From positions 96,001-160,000 of the IMG/VR virus record IMGVR_UViG_3300027741_000022: a stretch of DNA of 64,000 nt. One strand, given 5' to 3'. This DNA comes from a virus. The position numbers were made by a program, and so were the translations under genes. The stretch's first letter is position 1; each line of letters begins with the position of its first letter. Positions 37,848 to 48,035 of this stretch are shown here, piece after piece. Below the pieces are notes generated by a model. The model was given only the letters and a program-made list of their open reading frames with translations, was not told the origin of the DNA and did no database searches.

Positions 37848-38049
37848 GTTTTGTGACAAGAATGGATACGAAGTAGAGAGATCAAATAGAGAATGGTGGT
37901 GCGGTAGTCATTCAAAGTATTTTTATAAATGGACTAGTAAAAAAACAGGCTATAGCGAATCTCATGATTCAATAGCAGAAGCGTTTGATGCCATACTAGG
38001 CGATATAGAGGACGAGGACGAAAATCATGACATTTGCCAAGCTAATTAA
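37825..38049 (+). CDS. hypothetical protein, tandem paralog
   Basis: MTFAKLIKFCDKNGYE. Confidence 0.65.
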   Translation: MTFAKLIKFCDKNGYEVERSNREWWCGSHSKYFYKWTSKKTGYSESHDSIAEAFDAILGDIEDEDENHDICQAN

Positions 38050-38242
38050 GTTTTGTGACAAGAATGGATACGAAATAGACCGAACGCCAGGAGGCGAATA
38101 CTTCCATTCAAAATACGATTATAATTGGCGTAAAAAAGATGATGAAGATCTTAATTTCAATTGCTCAGACACCATACCAGAAGCATTTAGCGATATACTA
38201 AAAGATATTGAAGAACGAAAGAGAGAACAAATTGAAACCTGA
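38027..38242 (+). CDS. hypothetical protein, tandem paralog
   Basis: identical first 16 aa to 37825. Confidence 0.65.
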   Translation: MTFAKLIKFCDKNGYEIDRTPGGEYFHSKYDYNWRKKDDEDLNFNCSDTIPEAFSDILKDIEERKREQIET

Positions 38243-38477
38243 AGTTGGTAAAAGAGTTCGTCTTTTGTCCAAGATGACAAACCCAGATTCAAAGTATATG
38301 CCAGAAGAAGATTTGGCAGTTGGATCGGTTGGTACAATTACCAGAATTCACACTGAAAGTCGCCCTGAATTTCATGTTATTGAAGTTAAATGGGATTGCG
38401 GCAGAGGATTAAGCCTTCTTCCTTATATTGATAAGTTCGAAGTTTTTGATAAAGAAGAAAAGAAAAATGAAAACTAA
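38208..38477 (+). CDS. DUF4314-like SH3 protein
   Basis: GKRVRL..M...D.....GSVGTI.....I.VKWD.GRGLSLL. Confidence 0.55.
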   Translation: MKNERENKLKPEVGKRVRLLSKMTNPDSKYMPEEDLAVGSVGTITRIHTESRPEFHVIEVKWDCGRGLSLLPYIDKFEVFDKEEKKNEN

Positions 38478-38841
38478 AATCACACTAAAAAATTATTTGA
38501 GCAGCGTCAACTATTCAATTAGTTCTGCATGTGAGTTTCTTTGGGATTGTTATGGTGACAATGCCTTTAAACTTGACTACGACAAGAAAAGAGGCAGCAA
38601 ATTTGTTTATTCTACCGGCATAGTTTTTGACTCCGATAAGCAAACTGTTTATGAAATGACTGTTTGGGATTACAAAAAAGAAAAAGAATATCGTTGGATA
38701 CATCCAAGGTATACGAAGAAGTATGAAGCAGAATCAATTAAAAGAGGCATCAGACCAGAACAGTCAATTGATGACCGAAACTTCTATGCAGTCTCAGCAC
38801 AAACACTGCTATCTAAAATAAGAGAATTATCACGCAAATAA
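38467..38841 (+). CDS. hypothetical protein
   Basis: ORF. Confidence 0.65.
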   Translation: MKTKITLKNYLSSVNYSISSACEFLWDCYGDNAFKLDYDKKRGSKFVYSTGIVFDSDKQTVYEMTVWDYKKEKEYRWIHPRYTKKYEAESIKRGIRPEQSIDDRNFYAVSAQTLLSKIRELSRK

Positions 38842-38908
38842 ATGAGACTAGTGAATATTATATTCCAAAAGAATACATTGAAACTGTTTTGCTAAACAGA
38901 AAGATGAC

Positions 38909-39115
38909 TTGAAAAAAATCCAAAGAACTTGTAGACTCTGCGGCAAGCTAGTTGAAATGCTTGTTAATTCAAAAGATTTGTCTGACTGGAAAAGCGAAAA
39001 AAAATATATCCAAGATGCTATGCCATATCTTAGCGATAGCGAAAGAGAAATCTTAATCAGCAAAACATGCGGTGAATGTTTTGACAAAATGTTCCCACCA
39101 AATCCAGAAGAATAA
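38909..39115 (+). CDS. zinc-finger protein
   Basis: CRLCG / TCGEC. Confidence 0.6.
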   Translation: MKKIQRTCRLCGKLVEMLVNSKDLSDWKSEKKYIQDAMPYLSDSEREILISKTCGECFDKMFPPNPEE

Positions 39116-39129
39116 ACAAGGAGGTTTTT

Positions 39130-39345
39130 GTGCGGCAGAAAATCAAGGATGTTATTGCAAAAGAACTTGGTTTGGTTGATATAGATGATAATGCAAGCAT
39201 AAAGTTGCTTGGTGAAGATAGTATTGGAAGAATTGAATTGCTTTTTGCTGTAGAAACTGCTCTTGGTAAAAAGCTAACAGAGAGTGATATTCTTCAAATT
39301 GATACTGTTAACGATCTTGTGAGAGTTTTTGAAAAGAAAGATTAA
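39130..39345 (+). CDS. acpP: acyl carrier protein
   Basis: LGEDSIGRIEL..AVE phosphopantetheine-site pattern; I.TVNDLV tail. Confidence 0.75.
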   Translation: MRQKIKDVIAKELGLVDIDDNASIKLLGEDSIGRIELLFAVETALGKKLTESDILQIDTVNDLVRVFEKKD

Positions 39346-39424
39346 ATGGAATTTATCTTGCTTGTTGCTATTTCTTTTTTGTGTTTTGCCTTCAGTTTGA
39401 TTCTATTCAACTTACTACCATATC

Positions 39425-39775
39425 ATGTCTAAGAAAAAAGCCAAAAAGAAAACAATTCAAAAGAAAATATCCTACAAAAACTTTAGTGACTGGTGGGATA
39501 AAGTTGGTTCAAAAGAAGTTGATAAGATTGAAAAAGCTTGGCTTAAAAACAATGAACCAAATGATGATGAAGATGAAGGCGGTGGCGATCATTGGCATGT
39601 GAATCAAATGATGCACAATGGCGATGCTCACGAAATGACCTATGAAAATGCAAATAATGCATATGAAAAAGGTTTGGGTGGTGAACAAATGGATCAAGGA
39701 GATAGTTTGTATTGTGAATTAGATGATGTAATTTACAAAGCATATGAAATAGGGAAAAAGTTGAAGAAGAAATAG
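39425..39775 (+). CDS. hypothetical protein
   Basis: ORF. Confidence 0.65.
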   Translation: MSKKKAKKKTIQKKISYKNFSDWWDKVGSKEVDKIEKAWLKNNEPNDDEDEGGGDHWHVNQMMHNGDAHEMTYENANNAYEKGLGGEQMDQGDSLYCELDDVIYKAYEIGKKLKKK

Positions 39776-39786
39776 CTTGACAAATA

Positions 39787-39804
39787 GTTTCTTCCCGGTA
39801 CGCT
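39787..39804 (+). promoter_or_regulatory. conserved promoter-like motif copy 8
   Basis: GTTTCTTCCCGGTACGCT with TTGACA at 39777-39782. Confidence 0.75.
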
Positions 39805-39856
39805 ACACAGACGAGCAGAGAGTGTAGACGCATATTTTATTTCCGAGATAAGCGGA

Positions 39857-40504
39857 ATGATTAAGATTATCAAAGAAATAGCTCCGCTGGATAAGCCTTG
39901 CTACTTTGCCGTTAGTATGGGCGTTGATAGCGTCTCAGCGTATCTGTGGATGGTGAACAAGGGCTATAAAGTAACCCCAATTCATTTCAATCACGGTCTA
40001 AGGGTTCAAAACGATTTGATGGAAGCAAAGTTTGTTGAGCTTTGTGAAGCTACCAACAAAAAGCCCATCATTGGCAATGGCAATAATCTTGTAACAGAAG
40101 CAGAGTGCCGACAAGCTCGCTTAAATTTCTATAAAGAAGCTGTTGAGTATGATGGTGTGATTCTAACTGCACACCATCTTAATGATTGTGTTGAAAGCTA
40201 TCTTCTCAATTGTTTTAGAGGAAAGCCGACTCATAACTTCTTTGAACTTGTGAGTGAATTTCCTGATTATAAGATTGCCCATCCCTTTTTGATCTCACGC
40301 AAAAAGGACTTTGCTCAATACGTTGAGCGAAACAACTATTCCAGGTTTATTGTAGAAGATGAAACAAACAATGTTGTGAAGGGCAGCCGTCGCAACTGGA
40401 TTAGAACTACCATTGTTCCGGAAATGAATAGTCAGAAGTTGAGTCTGGAAAAGTATTGTCTTGAAAGAATCGAAAACATGATCGAAAACTTTATTGGAGT
40501 ATAA
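39857..40504 (+). CDS. tilS: tRNA(Ile)-lysidine synthetase, catalytic domain only
   Basis: AVSMGVDS PP-loop, HFNHGLR, R..R..F, TAHHLNDCVE..L, HPFL, RNWIR. Confidence 0.8.
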   Translation: MIKIIKEIAPLDKPCYFAVSMGVDSVSAYLWMVNKGYKVTPIHFNHGLRVQNDLMEAKFVELCEATNKKPIIGNGNNLVTEAECRQARLNFYKEAVEYDGVILTAHHLNDCVESYLLNCFRGKPTHNFFELVSEFPDYKIAHPFLISRKKDFAQYVERNNYSRFIVEDETNNVVKGSRRNWIRTTIVPEMNSQKLSLEKYCLERIENMIENFIGV

Positions 40505-40507
40505 AGA

Positions 40508-40696
40508 ATGGTTATTACTAAAGTTGCTGCATTAAAAACTGGTGATAGGGTGGTTGTTGGTAATGAAGTTTTTGTTGTAACAGGATCGCATCAAACAGGA
40601 CTTCATGATTTGCAAGTTTACATGAAAAGTGATTTGCATGAGTATGAAATTAAACTTCCTTTGTTTGCTGGCGATAAAGTCCAGTTGGGGTGTTGA
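40508..40696 (+). CDS. hypothetical protein (SH3-like)
   Basis: LKTGDRVVV. Confidence 0.55.
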   Translation: MVITKVAALKTGDRVVVGNEVFVVTGSHQTGLHDLQVYMKSDLHEYEIKLPLFAGDKVQLGC

Positions 40697-40698
40697 AA

Positions 40699-41004
40699 AT
40701 GAAAAATAAAAGTAAAGATTTGCTTGAAAGTTTCGATGATGAAATTGAAAAAGGCTATACGCAATATCATTTCACAGTAACTGGTGGTTTTCATGTAAAA
40801 AATACTTGGAAACCTGCATTTGATTGTAATAACGAAATTTGTGGTTTTGAAAAATCAGACGGCACTATCATTGATCTTGCTGTTTGTCTCCTTATGCAGA
40901 ACGACAAAGGCGAGAGGGTGATTTTTAGCGATAAGCAATTGGAAAAAATTGGGTTTGAAAGTTTAGAATACGATACGGCAAATTTTGTAGAAATACACGA
41001 ATGA
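40699..41004 (+). CDS. hypothetical protein (KDLLESF)
   Basis: ORF. Confidence 0.6.
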   Translation: MKNKSKDLLESFDDEIEKGYTQYHFTVTGGFHVKNTWKPAFDCNNEICGFEKSDGTIIDLAVCLLMQNDKGERVIFSDKQLEKIGFESLEYDTANFVEIHE

Positions 41005-41207
41005 ACATCGAAGAATACAAAGCAAAAGTTATTTGGTATTTGACTGAAGAATATATGATCGCTGATCTTGAAGATATGAGCAGAGGAAGCGATGAATTGA
41101 GCGATGAGGTTGACAATCTTATTGAGAGTGCTTACAAAAAAAAGAAAAGCATTATGGTAGCAGCAAGAAGGCTGAAAGCTATTATTGATATGTTTACTGA
41201 GAAGTAA
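41001..41207 (+). CDS. hypothetical protein
   Basis: ORF. Confidence 0.6.
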   Translation: MNIEEYKAKVIWYLTEEYMIADLEDMSRGSDELSDEVDNLIESAYKKKKSIMVAARRLKAIIDMFTEK

Positions 41208-41380
41208 CTAACCAGGAGACTGAGCGATGGAAAAAAAGTTATGCGAACTCAGTGAAAAAATTGCTAAACTCATGGAAGAATACAAAATGAGAGTTTATGA
41301 CTTAGAATTCATCAACGAACTGATTGAAAAAACTATTGAACGTGATGAAAAAGAGTGTTCGTATTAAATCATTCTAGCAA

Positions 41381-41398
41381 GTTTCCTCCTGGTACGCT
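41381..41398 (+). promoter_or_regulatory. conserved promoter-like motif copy 9
   Basis: GTTTCCTCCTGGTACGCT. Confidence 0.7.
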
Positions 41399-41448
41399 CT
41401 GCTGTTGTCGGATAGAGACACTATACACACTAGAAAAGGAACTATAAA

Positions 41449-41898
41449 ATGGCTTGGCATATCGTTGCGAATGAGTCTGGTGAGTCCATCGAAAGCAAGA
41501 AGGTTTATTATCCCGTTAAGGACGAAGCTGGCGAGGTTAAGTATCGTCGTAATGGCAAGCTGAATCTTGAGTGTCATTTCAAGCACGATGCTGTTGGCAT
41601 GGATCAGGCTTGGAAGATTACTTATGCTTTGCGTAAGCGTAAGAATAACGAAGGCGAATATAAGTATACTCATAACTTCAATATCCACGCACCGGATCGT
41701 AAGGTTCCCCGTAGGGCTCATAAGCTGGACGATGTTATGATTGTTGTGAAGAACGCTATTTTCAATGGTAGAAACACAACCGGCAGTCTTAACCTCAATA
41801 GTTTCAAGCGGAAGATGACTGAAATTGTCAACAAGGATTTTGCTGACTCTGTGGCAAATGAGTTTGTTGCTAAGATTAAGGAAGCGGTCGCAGGATGA
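41449..41898 (+). CDS. hypothetical protein
   Basis: ORF, AAAGGA RBS. Confidence 0.7.
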   Translation: MAWHIVANESGESIESKKVYYPVKDEAGEVKYRRNGKLNLECHFKHDAVGMDQAWKITYALRKRKNNEGEYKYTHNFNIHAPDRKVPRRAHKLDDVMIVVKNAIFNGRNTTGSLNLNSFKRKMTEIVNKDFADSVANEFVAKIKEAVAG

Positions 41899-42140
41899 AA
41901 CTAAACACTAAAATTTCTGCAAAACTTGTTGATGTTAGGGGCGATGTTTGTGAATACGCCGATATGATTGGTTGTTCTGGCACTTTGTATTTGAGTGAGG
42001 ACAACGAAAATAATTGGTTTAATCCTGGTGGTGGTGAAACACTTGGGTTTTATCGTAAGCGAACAACCCAAAAGGATAATTTGATTCGAGTATCAACCCG
42101 TGCTGGTAATACCTTTGTGTTTGATGTAAATGAAAACTGA
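41895..42140 (+). CDS. hypothetical protein
   Basis: ORF. Confidence 0.6.
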   Translation: MKLNTKISAKLVDVRGDVCEYADMIGCSGTLYLSEDNENNWFNPGGGETLGFYRKRTTQKDNLIRVSTRAGNTFVFDVNEN

Positions 42141-42732
42141 ACTCTGTGAGCTTTTTGAAAAATATTACTCTGATAAGTGTCCACAATTAGGACTACATTC
42201 CTATTCACCCGTTTATTATGAATATCTGAGTGAATATAAAGAAACCTTTTCAGATATTATTGAAATAGGTGTTGGCAATAAAGAGTTGATGGGTAAGTAT
42301 TTTGGAGAAAATTATCAGATAGGAGCAAGTTTAAAAGCCTGGCGGGACTTTTTTGTAAATGCAAACATATATGGTTTGGATATTCGCAAAGATGTTCTTT
42401 TCAAAGAAGATAGACTAGCTTGCTTTTACACAGATCAGGGTTCAGAAATTGAATTAGAAAATGCTATTAGAGAAATCAAAAAATACAAAGGTGATGAAAA
42501 TCTTTTGTTTGATTTGATAGTTGATGATGGAAGTCATAGATTTGATCATATAATCACATCATTCAACTGTTTTTCTAAGTACGTTAAATCAGGTGGGTTT
42601 TATATTATCGAAGATGTTTTAACAAAAAACGTTGATTTGTTAAGAGAAAGACTAAACCAAAAAGATTTTGAGTTAGTGAAAATTTACGCAGGATCTAATT
42701 TTGATGGTTTTGTTTTGTGTAGAAAGAAATAA
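42130..42732 (+). CDS. class I SAM-dependent (O-)methyltransferase
   Basis: IIEIGV, GLDI, DLIVDDGSH, GGFYIIEDV. Confidence 0.8.
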   Translation: MKTELCELFEKYYSDKCPQLGLHSYSPVYYEYLSEYKETFSDIIEIGVGNKELMGKYFGENYQIGASLKAWRDFFVNANIYGLDIRKDVLFKEDRLACFYTDQGSEIELENAIREIKKYKGDENLLFDLIVDDGSHRFDHIITSFNCFSKYVKSGGFYIIEDVLTKNVDLLRERLNQKDFELVKIYAGSNFDGFVLCRKK

Positions 42733-42776
42733 AGGAGCTATAAAATGACTAAGATTAAGATGTTGGAAACTCAGGG

Positions 42777-43055
42777 TTGAATCATATGGCTAATAAAGAA
42801 GATAAAATCTACGTTGAATGTTCTTGTGGAAGTCCCGAGCATTTGCTCCAATTTGATCGAGACGAGGATTTTGTTTACGTTTACGTTCTTTTGAATAATG
42901 AAAATTTCTTCAAAAGAATTTGGCTCGGACTAAAGTATATTTTTGGTTACAAGTGTCGTTACGGAAACTTTGATGAGATTCTTCTCAGCAGAGAATCTGT
43001 AAAGAGTCTTGCTGAGTATTTGAATGAATCTGTAAAGAGTCTTACTGAATATTGA
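42777..43055 (+). CDS. hypothetical protein
   Basis: ORF. Confidence 0.65.
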   Translation: MNHMANKEDKIYVECSCGSPEHLLQFDRDEDFVYVYVLLNNENFFKRIWLGLKYIFGYKCRYGNFDEILLSRESVKSLAEYLNESVKSLTEY

Positions 43056-43358
43056 GTGTCTGATTTTTCAAAGGAGAAAATGATGAAGAAGATTGTTGTT
43101 GCTCTTGTTTTGATTGTTGCTTGTGGCTCGGCTGCCAATTGTGTTTATGCTGATGGTGCTACCAAGATTGATGATAATGAAATCAATAAGATTTTGAAGG
43201 CAAAGGAAATTGTGAGGGGAATGGTTAATTTCCCCGACACCCTTGTGTTTCATGAGTTTGCCACAAAGGTTAATGGTAATACTGTGACGCTTAAGTTTAC
43301 TGCAAAGAACGCTTTCGGAGTACCTGAAACCCACGTTAAGGATATTAAGGTTAATTGA
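43056..43358 (+). CDS. hypothetical secreted protein
   Basis: signal-like N-terminus; AKNAFG motif. Confidence 0.6.
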   Translation: MSDFSKEKMMKKIVVALVLIVACGSAANCVYADGATKIDDNEINKILKAKEIVRGMVNFPDTLVFHEFATKVNGNTVTLKFTAKNAFGVPETHVKDIKVN

Positions 43359-43623
43359 TCTATCGCCACCGCCTAGAGTAAAATCTAGCCGGTGGTTGTT
43401 TTACTAATTACTAAAACTAAAAGGAAAGAAAATGAAGCTTAAAAATTTGGACAAGAATGATTTTACTCAGGTTGAGCAATACGCTGATGCGCAGGTTGCT
43501 GAAATGATTGCGGCTTGCACCAAGGGCGGCGAATTAGATACCGTTATGTTGATGGATCTTTTAAAGGATCATATCATACACAATATTAATCCTGACTTTT
43601 TCCCTGCTTGAAAAGAATTACTA

Positions 43624-43812
43624 ATGAAATTTTTAGTCGAAATTACAACAGATATTGATCTGGACGAGGAACAAATTATTGATTTTATGATCGGCTTGAA
43701 TAGCGGCATGGAGGAAAAGATTTATCCTGGGTCAAATTGGGTAAGTCAAACTTTTAGTTGTGATCACGAAACTAGCGCTAAATTTGTTGGCATCATAAAA
43801 GGAGATAACTGA
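43624..43812 (+). CDS. hypothetical protein
   Basis: ORF. Confidence 0.55.
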   Translation: MKFLVEITTDIDLDEEQIIDFMIGLNSGMEEKIYPGSNWVSQTFSCDHETSAKFVGIIKGDN

Positions 43813-44084
43813 TGGAAAAATTTACAAATCAACAACCAAAAAAGGGACAAATAATTTGCACCTGTGGTCATGAAGCTAAAAATTACCATTGGTACAAAAG
43901 CGAAGGAATTAAAATTCAAGTTCCTAAAGAAAATGACCTGACCTTGGTAAGTGTCGCCTACTGGATCGAACTATGTCCAAATTGCCACAAAAAGTACCGC
44001 TCAAATCCACATAAAGCAATAAAAACTCACTACTTTTGGCAAAAAGAAAAACCACATGTCACGACAGATGAACAAACCCAATAG
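43812..44084 (+). CDS. hypothetical protein (Cys/His motifs)
   Basis: CTCGH / CPNCH. Confidence 0.6.
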   Translation: MEKFTNQQPKKGQIICTCGHEAKNYHWYKSEGIKIQVPKENDLTLVSVAYWIELCPNCHKKYRSNPHKAIKTHYFWQKEKPHVTTDEQTQ

Positions 44085-44104
44085 ATTGCCTTAAGAAAGA
44101 AAAA

Positions 44105-44404
44105 ATGTACGGATTTTATTCTGCCGATGCAGAAGAAAGATATGGTTACGCAATTTATTCAAGCCAAGACGGTAGAGAATTAAAAGTTACATTTGCAACA
44201 TCAGATCCTTCAATTGTAGATGAACATTATCATTTTGAAGATAAATTATTTGTTGGACAGCTTGGTGATTTTATAAATTCATATCCCAAAAATCAAGGCA
44301 GAAAATGGGATGCTGTTTGGATGAAAAAAGGAAGAGAGCAGGAAGGAATCGTTGTTAATTTTATTCTTTGCAAAAAAAGCAGACTTAGAAGAGAAAGATT
44401 TTAA
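44105..44404 (+). CDS. hypothetical protein
   Basis: ORF. Confidence 0.6.
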   Translation: MYGFYSADAEERYGYAIYSSQDGRELKVTFATSDPSIVDEHYHFEDKLFVGQLGDFINSYPKNQGRKWDAVWMKKGREQEGIVVNFILCKKSRLRRERF

Positions 44405-44749
44405 ATGGAAAAGTGCTACAGTGTCACGATTGAACAGACTCTAAAGAGAACCTTGACTTTGCCAATTCCAAAGTCTGGACTGTCTCAAAAAGAAATCGAA
44501 GAAGTTTTGAGCAGAATGACATTCGGTAGTTATTTTGAACCTGAATCTGGATATGAAACTTGTTACGGCGACATTCTCAAAACCGAATCTGAAAAATACG
44601 AAGTTAAGATTGAAGAAGATGAAAATGAGACTTATCAAATTGAAGATGGCTATGAAAATGATGAAGATGTAGATTTTTGTAACGAGTTTGAAGAAATAGT
44701 GTGCGAAGAAATTCTTCCAAAGCAACCAAATCAGTCCAGTGGATTGTAA
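44405..44749 (+). CDS. acidic hypothetical protein
   Basis: ORF. Confidence 0.6.
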   Translation: MEKCYSVTIEQTLKRTLTLPIPKSGLSQKEIEEVLSRMTFGSYFEPESGYETCYGDILKTESEKYEVKIEEDENETYQIEDGYENDEDVDFCNEFEEIVCEEILPKQPNQSSGL

Positions 44750-44750
44750 A

Positions 44751-45050
44751 ATGAATAATAAACCTAAAAAGCTACTTAAAACATTCACCAACAAATCATT
44801 TTTTAAAGTTGCTATTACTCGCACTCAAATCCAAACCCAGTTTTTTCATGTAGAGGCTTCAAGTCGAACTGATTTGGAAAATACTCTTGAAGAACTTGAT
44901 TTTAATCATATTGATGAACGATTTGATGAAGCTGAAGTTCAATCTATTGATTATGAGGTCGGAAATATCAATAAAATTGACAAGCCTGTCAGCAAGAGTT
45001 TTGCAGATGAAGATTTGCAGCTAATGCTGAATGACTGTGACAATGTCTAA
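44751..45050 (+). CDS. hypothetical protein (KKLLKTF)
   Basis: ORF. Confidence 0.65.
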   Translation: MNNKPKKLLKTFTNKSFFKVAITRTQIQTQFFHVEASSRTDLENTLEELDFNHIDERFDEAEVQSIDYEVGNINKIDKPVSKSFADEDLQLMLNDCDNV

Positions 45051-45079
45051 TGAAATCAGAAAAATGTGGAATATATTAA

Positions 45080-45421
45080 ATGACTACTAAAATTGATATT
45101 AGCTCGCTTGATGAAGCAACAAAGAACAAGATTGTTGATCTTAAAAAAAGATGCTCTGAGTTAGGTGTCGGAGAAGAGGTTGTTGTTAACCTGCCTATTA
45201 CAATCACATATGGCTGGTATGAAGGACACAGTGGCGTTGTTCACGAATGGGGTAATTATCCTAAGTCTGAAATTAATTGGGAAATAGTCAAACAACACGA
45301 AAAAGAAATTCAGCAGAAACTTGATGCTGAAGTCAAGAGTATTCTAGACTTTGCAAACAGTGTAGCCGATCAACTTGGCGTTGATCGAGATGAGTTTTGG
45401 AATCAGTATTTTTTGCCTTAA
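45080..45421 (+). CDS. hypothetical protein
   Basis: ORF. Confidence 0.65.
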   Translation: MTTKIDISSLDEATKNKIVDLKKRCSELGVGEEVVVNLPITITYGWYEGHSGVVHEWGNYPKSEINWEIVKQHEKEIQQKLDAEVKSILDFANSVADQLGVDRDEFWNQYFLP

Positions 45422-45437
45422 AAGAAAGGGGTATTAT

Positions 45438-45686
45438 ATGGGATGGGTTAAAAAATTAAAGAGCGGATTGTCTTTGAGAAAGTCTGTAGATAACGATGAC
45501 ATCGAATCTACCATTAAGTCTCTTGTTTTGGTTTGGAAAGAAATCGACACCAGCCTAGCAAAAGCAGAAGTTAAAAGACTTGAAAAGAAAATCGAGTCTG
45601 GATCATTTACTGAAAGCTATGTCAACAAGAAGTTAGCTCAGCTTTACAATTATTGTGATTCTATGGGCTACTGGATAGAAGTTTAA
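45438..45686 (+). CDS. hypothetical protein
   Basis: ORF. Confidence 0.6.
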   Translation: MGWVKKLKSGLSLRKSVDNDDIESTIKSLVLVWKEIDTSLAKAEVKRLEKKIESGSFTESYVNKKLAQLYNYCDSMGYWIEV

Positions 45687-45695
45687 GGAGCAAAA

Positions 45696-45914
45696 ATGAA
45701 GACAATTTCGATGATCCCCAGAGGCATTGCTTTTAAAAACGAAAAGTGTGTTGCGGTAGGATGCTGCACTGATTTGTATAGGGGAAAACCAAACGTCAAA
45801 ACGATGGTTATTGATTTTCCAACTGACCATTATGATTTTTTTGGACCAATTAATCCTCATGGTTTGACGTTAGCTGAAATCAATCAGAAAATTGCCGAAT
45901 ATATTGAAAAGTAA
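45696..45914 (+). CDS. hypothetical protein
   Basis: ORF, AAGGAG RBS. Confidence 0.6.
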   Translation: MKTISMIPRGIAFKNEKCVAVGCCTDLYRGKPNVKTMVIDFPTDHYDFFGPINPHGLTLAEINQKIAEYIEK

Positions 45915-45917
45915 CAA

Positions 45918-46139
45918 ATGGCTACCAAAAACAAAAAGTTGCTTGAAACATTCGCCACTAAAACCAAATATGTTGTTAGCGTGTGTCGGATTGCTTATGG
46001 ACACAATGAAATTGAGGTAGAAGCTGATAGCCCTGAACAGGCAGAAGAAAAAGCATTAGACAAGGCAGGAGACTATCTCTACAATGAACATACAAGCGAG
46101 TATGAAGTGACTGGCGTTACGCGGAATGATGAAGATTAA
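45918..46139 (+). CDS. hypothetical protein (KKLLETF)
   Basis: ORF. Confidence 0.65.
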   Translation: MATKNKKLLETFATKTKYVVSVCRIAYGHNEIEVEADSPEQAEEKALDKAGDYLYNEHTSEYEVTGVTRNDED

Positions 46140-46165
46140 CCGCCCTGTAATTTGAAGGGAAGTAA

Positions 46166-46495
46166 ATGAATACTAAAAACAAAAAGTTGCTTGAAACATT
46201 CGATAGCAATTGTCGTATCATCAATGATGCAGAAGATTTTAACAATGTGTTTGTTAATTTTGACTGGATGGTTAATGCCACGCTTAGAACAATTATTTGT
46301 GGTATTATTGAAAAAGGTGGATATGCTTTAGTGAAATCTTCTATCAATCCCGAAGAATCACTGTGGGATGGATTACTCACAATTCATTTTGCAACTCCTG
46401 CTTCTGCCCAAAAAATAGTCAACTTGATTAAAGCTGCAGGGGCGGATGATTTTGGAATGGAAGATGATAAAACTTTATGTCTTTGGTGGGACTGA
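46166..46495 (+). CDS. hypothetical protein, tandem duplicate A
   Basis: highly similar to 46506-46847. Confidence 0.7.
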   Translation: MNTKNKKLLETFDSNCRIINDAEDFNNVFVNFDWMVNATLRTIICGIIEKGGYALVKSSINPEESLWDGLLTIHFATPASAQKIVNLIKAAGADDFGMEDDKTLCLWWD

Positions 46496-46505
46496 AAGGA
46501 AGTAA

Positions 46506-46847
46506 ATGAATACTAAAACTAAAAAGTTGCTTGAAACATTCGATAGCAATTATCGTATCATTAACGACACAGAAGATTTTAACAATGTGTTTGTTTGTTT
46601 TGACTGGATAGTTAATGCCACGCTTAGAACAATTATTTGTGATATTATTGAAAAAGGTGGATATACTTTAGTGAACTCTTCTACCGATCCCGAAGAATCA
46701 CTATGGGATAAATCACTCACAATTCATTATGCAACCCCTCCTTCTGCCCAAGAAACAGTCAAGTTGATTAAAGCCGCAGGTGGCGGGATGCTAGCCGTCG
46801 ATTTTGGAATGGAAGATGATAAAACTTTGTATCTTTGGTGGGACTGA
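46506..46847 (+). CDS. hypothetical protein, tandem duplicate B
   Basis: highly similar to 46166-46495. Confidence 0.7.
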   Translation: MNTKTKKLLETFDSNYRIINDTEDFNNVFVCFDWIVNATLRTIICDIIEKGGYTLVNSSTDPEESLWDKSLTIHYATPPSAQETVKLIKAAGGGMLAVDFGMEDDKTLYLWWD

Positions 46848-46861
46848 AAGAGAGTAAAATT

Positions 46862-47077
46862 ATGTCAGACGAATTGACCAACGAAGATTATATTACTATG
46901 GAGCAAATATACCTGGAGTATTGTGCATTTCAAACGTCTAGGGGCGAGCCATTTAAAACAAGAGTTGAATTTGGAAATTCAATTATGGAAATGGGTGATC
47001 TCAGTGGAAACAGCACAGTGTTCATTAAAGGTTTGATTCGTGATTACAAAATGAAGAAAAACTGCGAGCTTAACTAA
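46862..47077 (+). CDS. hypothetical protein
   Basis: ORF. Confidence 0.6.
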   Translation: MSDELTNEDYITMEQIYLEYCAFQTSRGEPFKTRVEFGNSIMEMGDLSGNSTVFIKGLIRDYKMKKNCELN

Positions 47078-47078
47078 C

Positions 47079-48035
47079 ATGGAAATTTTTGATATTGCCG
47101 CCAACGGTATGCTAGAACGTATTTTCGACAACACTGCCAGCAAGATTATTTGCAATCAATGGGATATTGCTGATCCAAATGATTCTTGCAGCAATGATAT
47201 AAAAGCACAAAATGAAATTGCAGATCGCATCAATCCGCTTATTAAAAAGGATTGGTATGATCTGCTAGAAAAGTATGATATCCAATGTGTTCCTATTAAA
47301 ATCTTCAAGAGGATCTTCTATAAAGACAAGCATTTCATGTTGGATTCATTTGCCAGCAAATTGTCGTGCGAAGAACTTTCCTTGGATGAAATTTATAACC
47401 AACATTTGAAGTACGATGATAAGGTTGCTGTGTTGAGTGAAGATGCGGCAGGAATTCAAGATTGGGATTATAACAAGCCTGGAGGCTACCCAGTGTTTTT
47501 ACTGAGTCAAGAAACTTTTGCAAAAATTGCTAAGGGTTATGATGTTTTGGAGAAAGAAGATCCAGACATTAGCGATAGATCAGTAACCATTTCTAAAGCA
47601 ATTGAGGCGGCTGGCGATTATTCTTATGAAGTGGTAAAGACTGATATCAAGTATGAAGATTTGCCTGTTTTACGTCAAATTATAATCGATAAGATCGAAA
47701 CAGCAATTACCAAGACTGATAAGTATTATTTTTATAGCACAAACGAACATGAAAGAATGGTTTCGTTTTTGCAAGATCATAATATTGAGCTGATTTATGA
47801 AATTGCACTAACCAAAAATTTCAATACGGATGAATGGATGCTTAAAGATGAACATATTGAACAATATTGTTTCTTCAAGAATCTTCATCTTTTGAATTTG
47901 GAAAGAAATTCCAGGGATGTGATTGTACGTCCACCTGCTGGTTCTCTGTGTTTTAATTACAAACAAGGAATGTATTTTATTGTTCCCAAGGATTTAGCAG
48001 CAGCTTGGTTGAAGGAAAGTTTGGTTAACGCTTAA
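47079..48035 (+). CDS. hypothetical protein
   Basis: 318-aa ORF. Confidence 0.75.
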   Translation: MEIFDIAANGMLERIFDNTASKIICNQWDIADPNDSCSNDIKAQNEIADRINPLIKKDWYDLLEKYDIQCVPIKIFKRIFYKDKHFMLDSFASKLSCEELSLDEIYNQHLKYDDKVAVLSEDAAGIQDWDYNKPGGYPVFLLSQETFAKIAKGYDVLEKEDPDISDRSVTISKAIEAAGDYSYEVVKTDIKYEDLPVLRQIIIDKIETAITKTDKYYFYSTNEHERMVSFLQDHNIELIYEIALTKNFNTDEWMLKDEHIEQYCFFKNLHLLNLERNSRDVIVRPPAGSLCFNYKQGMYFIVPKDLAAAWLKESLVNA

